A DNA stretch of 64,000 nucleotides from an uncultured Bacilli bacterium (GCA_934085585.1 CAKOHI010000004.1:16064-80063); one strand, 5' to 3'; positions 28,078 through 37,460 are shown, counted from the first letter of the stretch. A program made the numbers and translations. Notes: generated from the sequence alone by a model not told the origin.

Positions 28078-28132
28078 GCTTTTTTTTTTAATCTATGGTA
28101 TCATTTTATTATCATATAAGGAGTGATAATAA

Positions 28133-30133
28133 ATGAGTAAAATGGATGAGGTAGCAATTAATAGTATTAAAATACTTGCTTTAGATATGATTGATAAAGC
28201 TAAAAGTGGACATCCAGGTATAGTTTTGGGAGCAGCTCCAATTCTTTATGCTTTATATAAGGAACAAATAGATGTTATTCCAAGTAATCCAAATTGGATT
28301 AATAGAGATCGTTTTGTAATGTCTGCAGGTCATGGTTCAGCATTGTTATATTCAACATTATATCATATGGGTTATAATATAGAGCTAGAAGAGTTAAAAC
28401 ATTTTAGAGATTTGAGTAGTCTTACACCAGGTCATCCGGAGGTTAGAGTGACTCCGGGAGTGGATGCTTCGACTGGACCTCTTGGACAAGGTGTTGGAAT
28501 GGCTGTTGGAATGGCACTAGCAGAACGTTATTTAAATGCTATTGTAAATATTGAAGATAAAAAGTCTAATTTAATAGATTATTATACGTATTGTTTATGT
28601 GGGGATGGAGACTTAATGGAAGGAATAAGTTATGAAGCATTAAGTTTTGCTAGTACTCAAAATTTAAATAAATTAATTTTACTTTATGATAAAAATAATG
28701 TATCTTTAGATAGTGATACAAAAAATACTTTTACAGAAGATATTGAAATAAGATTTGAAGCATTAGATTTTAATATAATTAATGTAAAAAATGGTAGTGA
28801 TTATAAAGAAATATCTAAAGCTATTAAATCTGCTAAAAAAAGTGATAGACCTTCGATTATTATATGTAATACAATTATTGGTGAAGATTCTGTACTTGAA
28901 GGAACTAATGCTGTACATGGAAAACCTTTAGCTAAAGATGATTTAGAAAATATTAAAAAAGAATATAAAATAACTAATGAAGCATTTGATGTTAGAAAAG
29001 ATGTTTTAGAATATATTCAAAATTATGTTAATAAAAGAGTTTCTAAAAAATATTTAGAGTGGCAAGAAGAATATACTAATATAAAAGAAGAAAATAGTAA
29101 TTTGCATGCTTTAGTTAATTTATTAGAAAGAAATGCTTTTGTAATAGATTTTGATGATACTAAATTTAAAATAAGTGATGAGTATAGAGAAGCTTTAAGA
29201 GAATCAAATCACAAGATTATGAATTTTATATCTCCGAAAAGTCCTTTTTTCCTTGGAGGTTCTGCGGATTTATCTTCTTCATGTAAAACAAATTTAGATA
29301 AATCTACGATTCAAAGTTTTGAAAATCCAGTTGGTAAAAATATTTATTTTGGAGTAAGAGAACATGCAATGGGAGCAATACTTAATGGAATGGCTTTATC
29401 TAATTTAAAAGTTTTTGGATCAACTTTTTTATCATTTAGTGATTATTTGAAACCAGCGATAAGAATGTCAGCTTTAATGAATTTACCAGTTACTTATATT
29501 TTTACACATGATTCCGTATATGTCGGTGAAGATGGACCAACACATGAGCCAGTGGAACAATTAACAATGCTACGAACAATACCTAATTTTATTACTTTTA
29601 GACCTGCGGATATTAATGAAATAATGGGTTCTTGGGAATATATTTTAAAAAATAATTGTCCGACGGCTTTAGTAATAAGTAAAGAAGAAAGAAGTAAACA
29701 AAAAAATACTAATGCTAAATTTGTTAAATATGGAGCTTATATGGTTCGTAAAGAAAAATATCATTTGGATGGTATTATTATTGCAACAGGGCAAGAGTTA
29801 GAAATGGCAATGGAAATATCTAAAGAACTATTTACTTATGGAATTGATACAAGGGTAGTTTCTATGCCAAGTATGGAATTATTCTTAAAGCAAAATCCTA
29901 AATATGAAGAACAATTATTACCTAAAGATGTTCCAACATTTGTAATTGAAGCTGGAAATAGTTTAATCTGGAATAGATTTGCAAGTAGACCTGAATATAT
30001 TTTCGGAGTAAATAAATTTGGAATGAGTGGTAAAAGTAATGATGTTGTTAAATATTTGAAGATAGATAAAAATACAATTTTAGAGCATATTTTAAATATT
30101 TTGAAAAAAGATGATATCATCGACATAATTTGA
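28133..30133 (+). CDS. tkt: Transketolase
   Basis: 666 aa. SGHPG, the TPP-binding GDGDLMEGISYEA, and the pyrimidine-binding and C-terminal domains. RBS AAGGAGTG. Confidence 0.95.
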   Translation: MSKMDEVAINSIKILALDMIDKAKSGHPGIVLGAAPILYALYKEQIDVIPSNPNWINRDRFVMSAGHGSALLYSTLYHMGYNIELEELKHFRDLSSLTPGHPEVRVTPGVDASTGPLGQGVGMAVGMALAERYLNAIVNIEDKKSNLIDYYTYCLCGDGDLMEGISYEALSFASTQNLNKLILLYDKNNVSLDSDTKNTFTEDIEIRFEALDFNIINVKNGSDYKEISKAIKSAKKSDRPSIIICNTIIGEDSVLEGTNAVHGKPLAKDDLENIKKEYKITNEAFDVRKDVLEYIQNYVNKRVSKKYLEWQEEYTNIKEENSNLHALVNLLERNAFVIDFDDTKFKISDEYREALRESNHKIMNFISPKSPFFLGGSADLSSSCKTNLDKSTIQSFENPVGKNIYFGVREHAMGAILNGMALSNLKVFGSTFLSFSDYLKPAIRMSALMNLPVTYIFTHDSVYVGEDGPTHEPVEQLTMLRTIPNFITFRPADINEIMGSWEYILKNNCPTALVISKEERSKQKNTNAKFVKYGAYMVRKEKYHLDGIIIATGQELEMAMEISKELFTYGIDTRVVSMPSMELFLKQNPKYEEQLLPKDVPTFVIEAGNSLIWNRFASRPEYIFGVNKFGMSGKSNDVVKYLKIDKNTILEHILNILKKDDIIDII

Positions 30134-30178
30134 CAAATTAATTGAAGCCTTTATGTTATTATAATTTTGGGTGATAAC

Positions 30179-30595
30179 ATGAGGGCTTTTTATATTTTTA
30201 AAATTAATAAAGAAATGGGGGTACTTCTTAAAGATAGTCCATATAATTTATATAAATCTTTGGAAGATATTTATTTGCTTGATAAAACTAGTATAGGTAT
30301 AGGGAAAGATTTACTAGATCAGTTAATAGTGCCAATTGATAAAGAAAGATATAATAGATTAATTTATGAACTAAATAAAGATAATGATTTTTATATGAAA
30401 AATGGAGATACACATAAAGTAGTTAATAAATATAGAAAAGAAGAAACTATTATAACTGTTAAAAATAGTCATATCTTACTAAAAACTAATATTATTAATA
30501 GAGATATTAAGAAATTTTTACCTATTACTGAATTATTTGCTTGTGATTTTCAAAATAAAGATTATTTCTGGCTTGAACAGTTAATTTATTTATAG
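30179..30595 (+). CDS. sirA: SirA-like protein (sporulation inhibitor of replication; YneE position)
   Basis: It lies immediately after tkt and before yneF, as in B. subtilis. The size (~138 aa) and the C-terminal ELFACDFQNKDYFWLEQL resemble B. subtilis SirA ..CFLAMDFNSKRYGWLNPV (recalled, not searched). Confidence 0.55.
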   Translation: MRAFYIFKINKEMGVLLKDSPYNLYKSLEDIYLLDKTSIGIGKDLLDQLIVPIDKERYNRLIYELNKDNDFYMKNGDTHKVVNKYRKEETIITVKNSHILLKTNIINRDIKKFLPITELFACDFQNKDYFWLEQLIYL

Positions 30596-30624
30596 TAAAA
30601 TAATTATATAAAGGAGATTATTTT

Positions 30625-30834
30625 ATGGGTAAATTAATATTATATTTAATAATTGGAATTATTATTGGTTTAGTTATTGGATTTTTTCTTGCTAGATTAT
30701 TAATGAAAAAAACACTTGAAAAAAATCCTCCGATAAATGAAAAAATGATTGAAGCAATGATGAGTTCAATGGGAAGAAAACCAAGTCAAAAACAAGTTAA
30801 ACAAGTAATGCAACAAATGAATAGATTTAAATAA
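30625..30834 (+). CDS. yneF: UPF0154 family small membrane protein YneF
   Basis: 69 aa with an N-terminal TM, then NPPINEKMIEAMMSSMGRKPSQKQVKQVMQQMN, the YneF/UPF0154 signature. Confidence 0.8.
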   Translation: MGKLILYLIIGIIIGLVIGFFLARLLMKKTLEKNPPINEKMIEAMMSSMGRKPSQKQVKQVMQQMNRFK

Positions 30835-30907
30835 AATCTATTCATTTTGCTTTACAAATAAAGTTTCACTTGATATAATTTATCTAGAATAAGGATTGTG
30901 ATTTTAG

Positions 30908-32497
30908 ATGAAGGATAAAAAGAAATGGATATATTCTATATTATGTTTATTTATTTTTGTTGTGGGTGTTTCTTTTGCTTATTTTATTGCCCAAAATGGT
31001 AATGGTGCTGTTGGAAATATTGATGTAATATCTAATTCTTTAGATGATTTGAATTTTTCTGCTGGGGACCCAATAAGCTTAAAAATAACTCAATTTAATT
31101 TTACACAAGGGGGAGGCAATTTAAGTGATTCAACAACTGCTACTGCGTCACTTAAAGCCAATAATTCTACAAATAAAGCAAGTTATACGTATAATGTGTA
31201 TTTTGCTGTTGATTGGAATTTTTTTAAAGTGTCAAATAATGAAAATTATCCAGATATTATTTTAACGGTTATTGATCCATTGGGTAGTGAAGTAACATCA
31301 ATAGATGGTTTAACATATTATGATGGATCTACCACAAAAGGTGTTAGTGGTTTTGATATTACAACTTTTGAAGGGGTAAAAACAATTGCTGATAATTATA
31401 CAATTACTTCAAATTCTAGTACGACTTATACAACACAAGATTGGCAATTTAAAGTCACATTTATTAATTATGATTTTAATCAAAATTATGATGCGGTTAG
31501 AAGTATTAATGCAAATATAGTTATTCAAAAAGAAAAATTACCTAAAACATTAGCTGATGTTTGTTCAAATGGTGATAATTTAGCAAATTGTATAACAAAT
31601 TTAAGTCAAAAAAGTGTAAGTGGAGCAACAAATATATATTATCATGATTCAAATTTAGAAAATGGGGCAAATGACAATAGTTATAGATATGCTGGGGCAT
31701 CAGAACAGGTAAATAATTTTATATGTTTTGGTTCAACAACAAGTCCATGCCCAACAAATAATTTATATCGTATCATCGGAGTAATAGATGGCAAAGCAAA
31801 ATTGATAAAATATGATTATATGACAAAAGAAGAATTAGGAACTAATGGAGATTATCAAGGTGAAATAGCTATAAATACAGATTATTATAAAGGTAGCTTA
31901 TCATCAATTGGTGAATATTATTGGAATTATAAAGCTAATACAACAATAAATGATGGACAAGGTTCAAATACATGGAGCACAAGTTTATTTAATAAAACAA
32001 ATTTAAATACAAATTTCATAAATTATCTAGGAACAACATGGTCAAATAAAATAGCAACAACAACATGGAAAGTCGGAGGGAATATGTGGGACAATATAGT
32101 AAACAAGACTCCGTCTAAAGCATATCAAAATGAAATAGTAAATCCAGATGCAACAAATACTACAGATAATGCAACAATTTATAATGCAAAAATAGGTTTA
32201 ATGTATGCAAGTGATTATGGGTTTGCGGCTAGTCCGGGGGCTTGGACAATAAACTTGCTTAATTATTGGAATGATCTTTTAACAAAAAATAATTGGATGT
32301 ATATGGGGCTTTATGAATGGACTATTTCCCGAGATGCAAGCGATTCATCCACTGTGTTTCGTGTGCATCGCGGTGGTGATGTTTGTGCTTATAGTGCGTA
32401 TGGCCATCTTGGAGGACGTGTGTCTTTTAATCTTGAATCTTCCGTAACCTATAAATCAGGGACTGGAAGCATGAATGACCCAATAATTATAAATTAA
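30908..32497 (+). CDS. Secreted protein, SipW/TasA-type signal peptide + TasA-like N-domain + conserved C-terminal lectin-like module (paralog B)
   Basis: 529 aa. The N-terminus is MKDKKKW-hydrophobic-VSFAYFIAQNG. It is collinear with 32527-34113 and with the split gene at 7176-9178. C-terminal motifs: NDNSYRYAG, CFGS..CP..NLYRIIGV, IGLMYASDYGFAASPGAWT, and EWTISR. Confidence 0.8.
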   Translation: MKDKKKWIYSILCLFIFVVGVSFAYFIAQNGNGAVGNIDVISNSLDDLNFSAGDPISLKITQFNFTQGGGNLSDSTTATASLKANNSTNKASYTYNVYFAVDWNFFKVSNNENYPDIILTVIDPLGSEVTSIDGLTYYDGSTTKGVSGFDITTFEGVKTIADNYTITSNSSTTYTTQDWQFKVTFINYDFNQNYDAVRSINANIVIQKEKLPKTLADVCSNGDNLANCITNLSQKSVSGATNIYYHDSNLENGANDNSYRYAGASEQVNNFICFGSTTSPCPTNNLYRIIGVIDGKAKLIKYDYMTKEELGTNGDYQGEIAINTDYYKGSLSSIGEYYWNYKANTTINDGQGSNTWSTSLFNKTNLNTNFINYLGTTWSNKIATTTWKVGGNMWDNIVNKTPSKAYQNEIVNPDATNTTDNATIYNAKIGLMYASDYGFAASPGAWTINLLNYWNDLLTKNNWMYMGLYEWTISRDASDSSTVFRVHRGGDVCAYSAYGHLGGRVSFNLESSVTYKSGTGSMNDPIIIN

Positions 32498-32526
32498 TTA
32501 TAAAATAATGAGGAATAGTGATTAAA

Positions 32527-34113
32527 ATGAGCGATAAAAAAAGATTAATAATTACAATAGTAGCAATGTTAATTTTAGTTGTTGGAGTTACTTTTGCATA
32601 TTTTATTCCACAAATAGGAGGTAGAGTTTTACGAAAACTTAATGTAGTTGCAGATACTCCCGATGATTTACAATTTTCAAGTAGTGGAATTGAATTAAAA
32701 CTTACACAATTTAATCTGGTTAAAAATGGTGAAAATTTAGAGGATTCTTTTGTTGCTAGTGCAAGTTTGAAAGCAAATAGTACAACAAATACAGCTACAT
32801 ATACTTATAATGTTTATTTTAATGTTAAAAGTAATAATTTTATTTATACTACAACTGAAAAAAAAGCGGAAATAATATTAACAGTTCTTGATCCAGATAA
32901 TAATGAAATTACTACTCTTGATGGGTTAACTTATTTGGATGGTTCAACTACTAATGGTGTAAGTGGCTTTGATATTACAACATTAAATGGATTAAAAACT
33001 ATTGCAGAAAATTATACAATAACGTCAAATTCAAGTAATGATTATAATTATCAAGATTGGAATTTTAGTGTTACATTTATTAATTTGGATACCAATCAAG
33101 TAGAAAATGAGGGAAAAGAATTAAAAGCAGAAATAATTATACAACAAGATAAATTGATGACATCTCTTGATGAGGTTTGTACCAATGGTGATAATTTGAC
33201 AAAATGTTTAACAGATTTCAGTTCTAAAAGTGTAAGTAGTATATCAAATATTTATTATCATGATGCAAATTTAGAAAATGGAGCAAATGATAATAGTTAT
33301 AGATATGCTGGTCCAAGTGATAAAGTAAATAACTTTATATGCTTTGGTTCAACAACAAGCCCATGTCCAACAGATAATTTATACCGAATAATCGGAGTAA
33401 TAGATGGAAAAGTAAAATTAATAAAATATGATTATATGACTACAGCAGAATTGGGAAGAGATGGAGATTATTCACAAACCTATAAAGAATGGGGAATGGA
33501 TAGTACTTATAAGGGAACATATGGAGATGGAGAAAGAATCGGAGTATATTATTGGAATTATAAAGAAACAAATAGTGCAACCAATACATGGAGTACAAGT
33601 TTGTTTAATAAAACAAATTTAAATACAAATTTCATAAATTACATAGGAGAAGAGTGGTCAAATAAGATAGCAATGACAACATGGAAAGTAGGAGGAAACA
33701 CATATGCAAATATAGCAAGTGCAATTCCATCAGTAGCATATCAAAATGAAATAACAAATCCAAATGCCACAAATAGTACTGATAATGCTACAGAATATCA
33801 AGCAAAAATAGGATTAATGTATGTATCAGATTATGGATTTGCAGCAAGTCCAAGTGCATGGACATTAACAATGGATTCCTATAATAATACAACAGCAACA
33901 AATAATAATTGGATGTATATGGGTCTTTGTGAATGGACTATTTCCCGTATTGTGGACGATTCGAATACTACGTTCCTTGTGTACGGCGATGGTGGCGTGA
34001 ACGGCTACGGCGTGTACTTCAGCTATGCGGGGCGTGTAGTATTCAATCTCGTGTCTTCCATAACCTACAAATCTGGATCAGGAACTATGAGTGATCCTAT
34101 TATAATCAATTAA
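32527..34113 (+). CDS. Secreted protein, same family (paralog C)
   Basis: ~528 aa (the ORF opens at GTG 32518; the ATG at 32527 gives MSDKKRLII..VTFAYFIPQIGG). It shares long stretches of near-identical DNA with paralog B, and is a tandem duplicate 20-30 nt downstream of B. Confidence 0.8.
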   Translation: MSDKKRLIITIVAMLILVVGVTFAYFIPQIGGRVLRKLNVVADTPDDLQFSSSGIELKLTQFNLVKNGENLEDSFVASASLKANSTTNTATYTYNVYFNVKSNNFIYTTTEKKAEIILTVLDPDNNEITTLDGLTYLDGSTTNGVSGFDITTLNGLKTIAENYTITSNSSNDYNYQDWNFSVTFINLDTNQVENEGKELKAEIIIQQDKLMTSLDEVCTNGDNLTKCLTDFSSKSVSSISNIYYHDANLENGANDNSYRYAGPSDKVNNFICFGSTTSPCPTDNLYRIIGVIDGKVKLIKYDYMTTAELGRDGDYSQTYKEWGMDSTYKGTYGDGERIGVYYWNYKETNSATNTWSTSLFNKTNLNTNFINYIGEEWSNKIAMTTWKVGGNTYANIASAIPSVAYQNEITNPNATNSTDNATEYQAKIGLMYVSDYGFAASPSAWTLTMDSYNNTTATNNNWMYMGLCEWTISRIVDDSNTTFLVYGDGGVNGYGVYFSYAGRVVFNLVSSITYKSGSGTMSDPIIIN

Positions 34114-34193
34114 TGTAAATTGATTGTAAAATATATTTACTTTTTAAGAATAATTTGGTATTATAAAAATATGTAGAGTAAAGAGGTGGAAAT

Positions 34194-34937
34194 ATGAATT
34201 TCATATATGATTTATATCAAAAAGATAATTTTACTTTAATACTAGTAGTTTTATTGGTTATATTAATAATTGCTTTTGTTGTTGTATACTTTTTTGGTAA
34301 AAAAGATCAAAAACTTGAAGAAACAAAAAGGTTACAAAAGATTGAACTTGATACATTTAAAGAAGAAAAACTTGAACCAGTTAAATTAGAAGTAAAAGAA
34401 GAAGTTCCAGTTATTAAAAATGAAGAAGTAAATGTAACAGAGTTTAAACCAGAAGTAAAAGAAAATGTTGATGTAATTGTTGATAATGAAGTAAAAAATG
34501 AAAATGAAAGTATTATTAAACCATTATTTAAAGATACTGAAGAAGAAAAAAGTCCGATTAGTATTAGTGAATTACCTGATATAAAAGAAGATGATAGTGA
34601 ACTTGTAAATGGTCTTAATAGTTTGGAAAGTATTAAAAATGAGTTTAATAGTATTGAAATTCCAGAAGTAAAAGAAGAAAAGGTGGAAGAAAAACCAATA
34701 TTTAAACCAAGTCCACAAATATTTAGCTCTGTTTTTGTTGACAAGAGGGAAGATGATATTGTAACTAATAATAGTAATAATGAAAAAGAAGTTGTTACTA
34801 AAGTAGAAGAAGAAAAAAATGATAATAGTACATCTAAATTATTTACTATAATAGATGATGAAGATGAAGAAATGGAATTACCTTCACTTAATAAAAATGT
34901 AGATGAAGTAAGTGGAGAAGTATATACATTAAAATAG
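34194..34937 (+). CDS. Membrane-anchored, E/K-rich low-complexity acidic protein
   Basis: 247 aa with one N-terminal TM ([20 protein letters not shown]). The remainder is dominated by E, K, V and N with loose EVKE/PEVKE repeats. The acidic tail is [16 protein letters not shown]. Confidence 0.6.
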   Translation: MNFIYDLYQKDNFTLILVVLLVILIIAFVVVYFFGKKDQKLEETKRLQKIELDTFKEEKLEPVKLEVKEEVPVIKNEEVNVTEFKPEVKENVDVIVDNEVKNENESIIKPLFKDTEEEKSPISISELPDIKEDDSELVNGLNSLESIKNEFNSIEIPEVKEEKVEEKPIFKPSPQIFSSVFVDKREDDIVTNNSNNEKEVVTKVEEEKNDNSTSKLFTIIDDEDEEMELPSLNKNVDEVSGEVYTLK

Positions 34938-34972
34938 AGCTAATGCTCTATTTTGTTTTTTTAGGAGGAAAT

Positions 34973-35302
34973 ATGGCAAGTATAGAAGATTTTATGAAAC
35001 TAGATATAAGGGTTGGAACAATAATAAATGCAGATGATTTTTTAAAAGCAAAAAGACCTGCATATAAATTAACGATTGATTTTGGAGATGAAATAGGTAT
35101 TAAAAAGTCATCTGCTCAAATAACTAAATTTTATGAAAAAGAAGAACTAATCGGTATGCAGATATTAGCAGTAGTTAATTTTCCACCACGCCAAATAGCT
35201 GATTTTATGTCAGAAGTATTAGTTTTAGGTACATATAGTAATGATGGAGTAATATTAATAACTCCAGAAAAAGAAGTTGAAAATGGCGATAAATTAGGTT
35301 AA
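34973..35302 (+). CDS. csaA: tRNA-binding domain protein CsaA
   Basis: [35 protein letters not shown]...[20 protein letters not shown] is the CsaA/EMAP-type OB fold. The ATG at 34973 follows GGAGGA. Confidence 0.82.
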   Translation: MASIEDFMKLDIRVGTIINADDFLKAKRPAYKLTIDFGDEIGIKKSSAQITKFYEKEELIGMQILAVVNFPPRQIADFMSEVLVLGTYSNDGVILITPEKEVENGDKLG

Positions 35303-35327
35303 AATAAAAAAGAAATGAGGTAGTATT

Positions 35328-35543
35328 ATGAAGTATGGTTCTAAAGTATATTTTATATTATTAGCAATTAGTATTTTACTATTTTTGTTAGAATTAATAT
35401 TTAAAATTAAAGGTGCAATTGGGCTTACTTTGTGTGTACTTTCTCTTTATTTTTTTGTAGGATCTATTATAAAAATAATTAGATTCTTACAAATTGTTAA
35501 TGATGATTTTATGGAGAATATTGATATTTTGTTTTTCTTATGA
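35328..35543 (+). CDS. Small 2-TM protein, translationally coupled to the radical SAM gene
   Basis: 71 aa with RBS GAGG upstream. Its stop overlaps the start of the next gene (ATGATG). No recognisable motif. Confidence 0.5.
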   Translation: MKYGSKVYFILLAISILLFLLELIFKIKGAIGLTLCVLSLYFFVGSIIKIIRFLQIVNDDFMENIDILFFL

Positions 35544-36322
35544 TGAAGAAAGTATATGTGGAGATAACTAATAATTGTAATTTGAAATGTTCGTTTTGTA
35601 TTCATAATAAAAGAGAAGCAAAATATATGAGTATGGATGAATTTAAAATTATATTAGATAAATTAAAGGGACATACAAAGTACCTTTATTTTCACGTTTT
35701 AGGTGAACCTTTAATTCATCCATTAATAAATGAGTTTATTAATGAAGCAAGTAAGGATTATTTTGTAAATATTACTACGAATGGATATTTTATAGAAAAA
35801 ATTAAAAATAATAATAATATAAGACAAATAAATATATCTTTACATAGTAATGTAGGTGATGTAGATAATTATTTAAATAGAATTTTTGAAGTAATTGATG
35901 ATTTAAAGAAGTATACTTATATTAATTATAGATTATGGGTTGGAAGTAATAAGAAAATTATTCATAAATTGGAAGAAAAATATTGTAAAAAGATTACTAA
36001 AAGTATGAAGCTTGAAGATAATGTATTTATCGATATAAATGAAGAGTTTGTGTGGCCTGATTTAAATAATCAAATTTATAATGAACATGGTTTTTGTTAT
36101 GGTTTAAAAGATCACTTTGGTATTTTAGTAGATGGTAGTATTGTTCCTTGTTGTTTAGATGGAAATGGGTGTATTATTTTAGGCAATATTTTTACAAGTA
36201 ATATTGATGAGGTACTACATAGTAAGAGATCACAAGAGATGATAGTTGGGTTTAATAAGAAGTTGCTGGTTGAGGATTTATGCAAGCATTGTGGATTTAT
36301 AAATAGAAATACTTTAAAGTAA
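35540..36322 (+). CDS. Radical SAM protein with short C-terminal Cys-rich (SPASM/twitch-like) extension
   Basis: CNLKCSFC (CX3CX2C) at residues 12-19, a GEPL-type motif (VLGEPLIHP), and C-terminal Cys residues CYG...PCCLDGNGC...CKHCGF. Confidence 0.8.
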   Translation: MMKKVYVEITNNCNLKCSFCIHNKREAKYMSMDEFKIILDKLKGHTKYLYFHVLGEPLIHPLINEFINEASKDYFVNITTNGYFIEKIKNNNNIRQINISLHSNVGDVDNYLNRIFEVIDDLKKYTYINYRLWVGSNKKIIHKLEEKYCKKITKSMKLEDNVFIDINEEFVWPDLNNQIYNEHGFCYGLKDHFGILVDGSIVPCCLDGNGCIILGNIFTSNIDEVLHSKRSQEMIVGFNKKLLVEDLCKHCGFINRNTLK

Positions 36323-36359
36323 ATTGGTTTTGTGTTATTATTTAAATGGTGATGTATTG

Positions 36360-37460
36360 ATGAATAATTTAGCATGTAAAAATGAAGATGCAATATATTT
36401 TGAAAAAATAGATAAAGATTTTAGATTACCATTTTCTAGGGATATAGATAGAATTTTATATTCATTATCTTTTCAAAGATATATGGATAAAACACAAGTT
36501 TTTTCTTTTAAAGAAAATGATCATTTAACTAAAAGAATGATTCATGTTTTATATGTGAGTAAAATTGCTAGAACTATTGGAAGAGCTTTAGATTTGAATG
36601 AAGATTTAATTGAAGCTGGAGCTTTAGGGCATGATCTTGGTCATACTCCGTTTGGTCACGTGGGTGAGGCAATACTTAATAAAATAAGCTTAAATGCTGG
36701 ATGTGGATATTTTAATCATAATGTCCATAGTGTAAGACTTTTAATGAATATAGAAAATTATGGATGTGGTAAAAATATTACATTACAAACTTTAGATGCT
36801 ATTTTGTGTCATAATGGAGAAATTGTTGAAGGATTATATAAACCTAAAAATAAAACAAAAAAAGAGTTTTTAGAAGAATATAAAAATACATATCTAGATA
36901 AAGATGCTTGTAAGAAACTTACTCCGATGACTTTGGAAGGCTGTGTTGTTAGAATAAGTGATTTAATAGCTTATTTAGGTAGAGATATAGATGATGCAGT
37001 AAGAATGAAATTACTTACTTGGGATGATGTTCCTAGTAAAATTACAAATATACTTGGTAAAAGTAATAGAGATATAGTTAATACATTAATTAATGATGTG
37101 ATAAAAGAAAGCAAAGGCAAAGCCTATATTAAATTGAGTAATTCTGTTTTTGAAGCAATAAAGGATCTTAAAGATTTTAATTATGAAAATATATATTATA
37201 AAGCTTATACTAAAGAAGAAAAAAAAGAGTTAGAAAATATGTTAAATACTTTATATGATACTTATATAAATGATTTAAATACAAATAATAAAGATAGTAA
37301 TATAATTAAGTCATATTTAAATAATATGAGTGAAGAATATAAAAGTAATAATAGTAAAGAAAGAATAGTTATTGATTATATTGCAGGTATGACTGATGAT
37401 TATACTTTAAAAGAATATAATAAAATTTTAAAAAGTAAGCATAATAAAGGTGAGGTGTAA
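36360..37460 (+). CDS. HD-domain phosphohydrolase, dGTP triphosphohydrolase-like
   Basis: RTIGRAL..LIEAGALGHDLGHTPFGHVGE is the dGTPase-family HD motif, with the C-terminal DYIAGMTDDY motif. The track ORF begins at a TTG; the ATG at 36360 is more likely. Confidence 0.75.
   Translation: MNNLACKNEDAIYFEKIDKDFRLPFSRDIDRILYSLSFQRYMDKTQVFSFKENDHLTKRMIHVLYVSKIARTIGRALDLNEDLIEAGALGHDLGHTPFGHVGEAILNKISLNAGCGYFNHNVHSVRLLMNIENYGCGKNITLQTLDAILCHNGEIVEGLYKPKNKTKKEFLEEYKNTYLDKDACKKLTPMTLEGCVVRISDLIAYLGRDIDDAVRMKLLTWDDVPSKITNILGKSNRDIVNTLINDVIKESKGKAYIKLSNSVFEAIKDLKDFNYENIYYKAYTKEEKKELENMLNTLYDTYINDLNTNNKDSNIIKSYLNNMSEEYKSNNSKERIVIDYIAGMTDDYTLKEYNKILKSKHNKGEV

Noticed and set aside
27901-28119. 72-aa ORF with a Cys-rich stretch (ICARWCDECHSGVCDG) that could pass for a RiPP or bacteriocin precursor next to the Abi gene.
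   Set aside because: It starts at a TTG inside a -35 box. The internal ATG has a poorly spaced RBS. The frame reads straight through a stem-loop plus poly-T terminator (giving ..ILFFAFFF..). The Cys/Gly/Arg content simply reflects the GC-rich structured RNA.
36360-37460. The dGTPase-like HD protein as an anti-phage nucleotide-depletion defence gene.
   Set aside because: The HDLGHTPFGH-type dGTPase-like genes are common housekeeping genes in Firmicutes. Nothing in the neighbourhood (csaA, M16 peptidases, rpsD) suggests a defence island.
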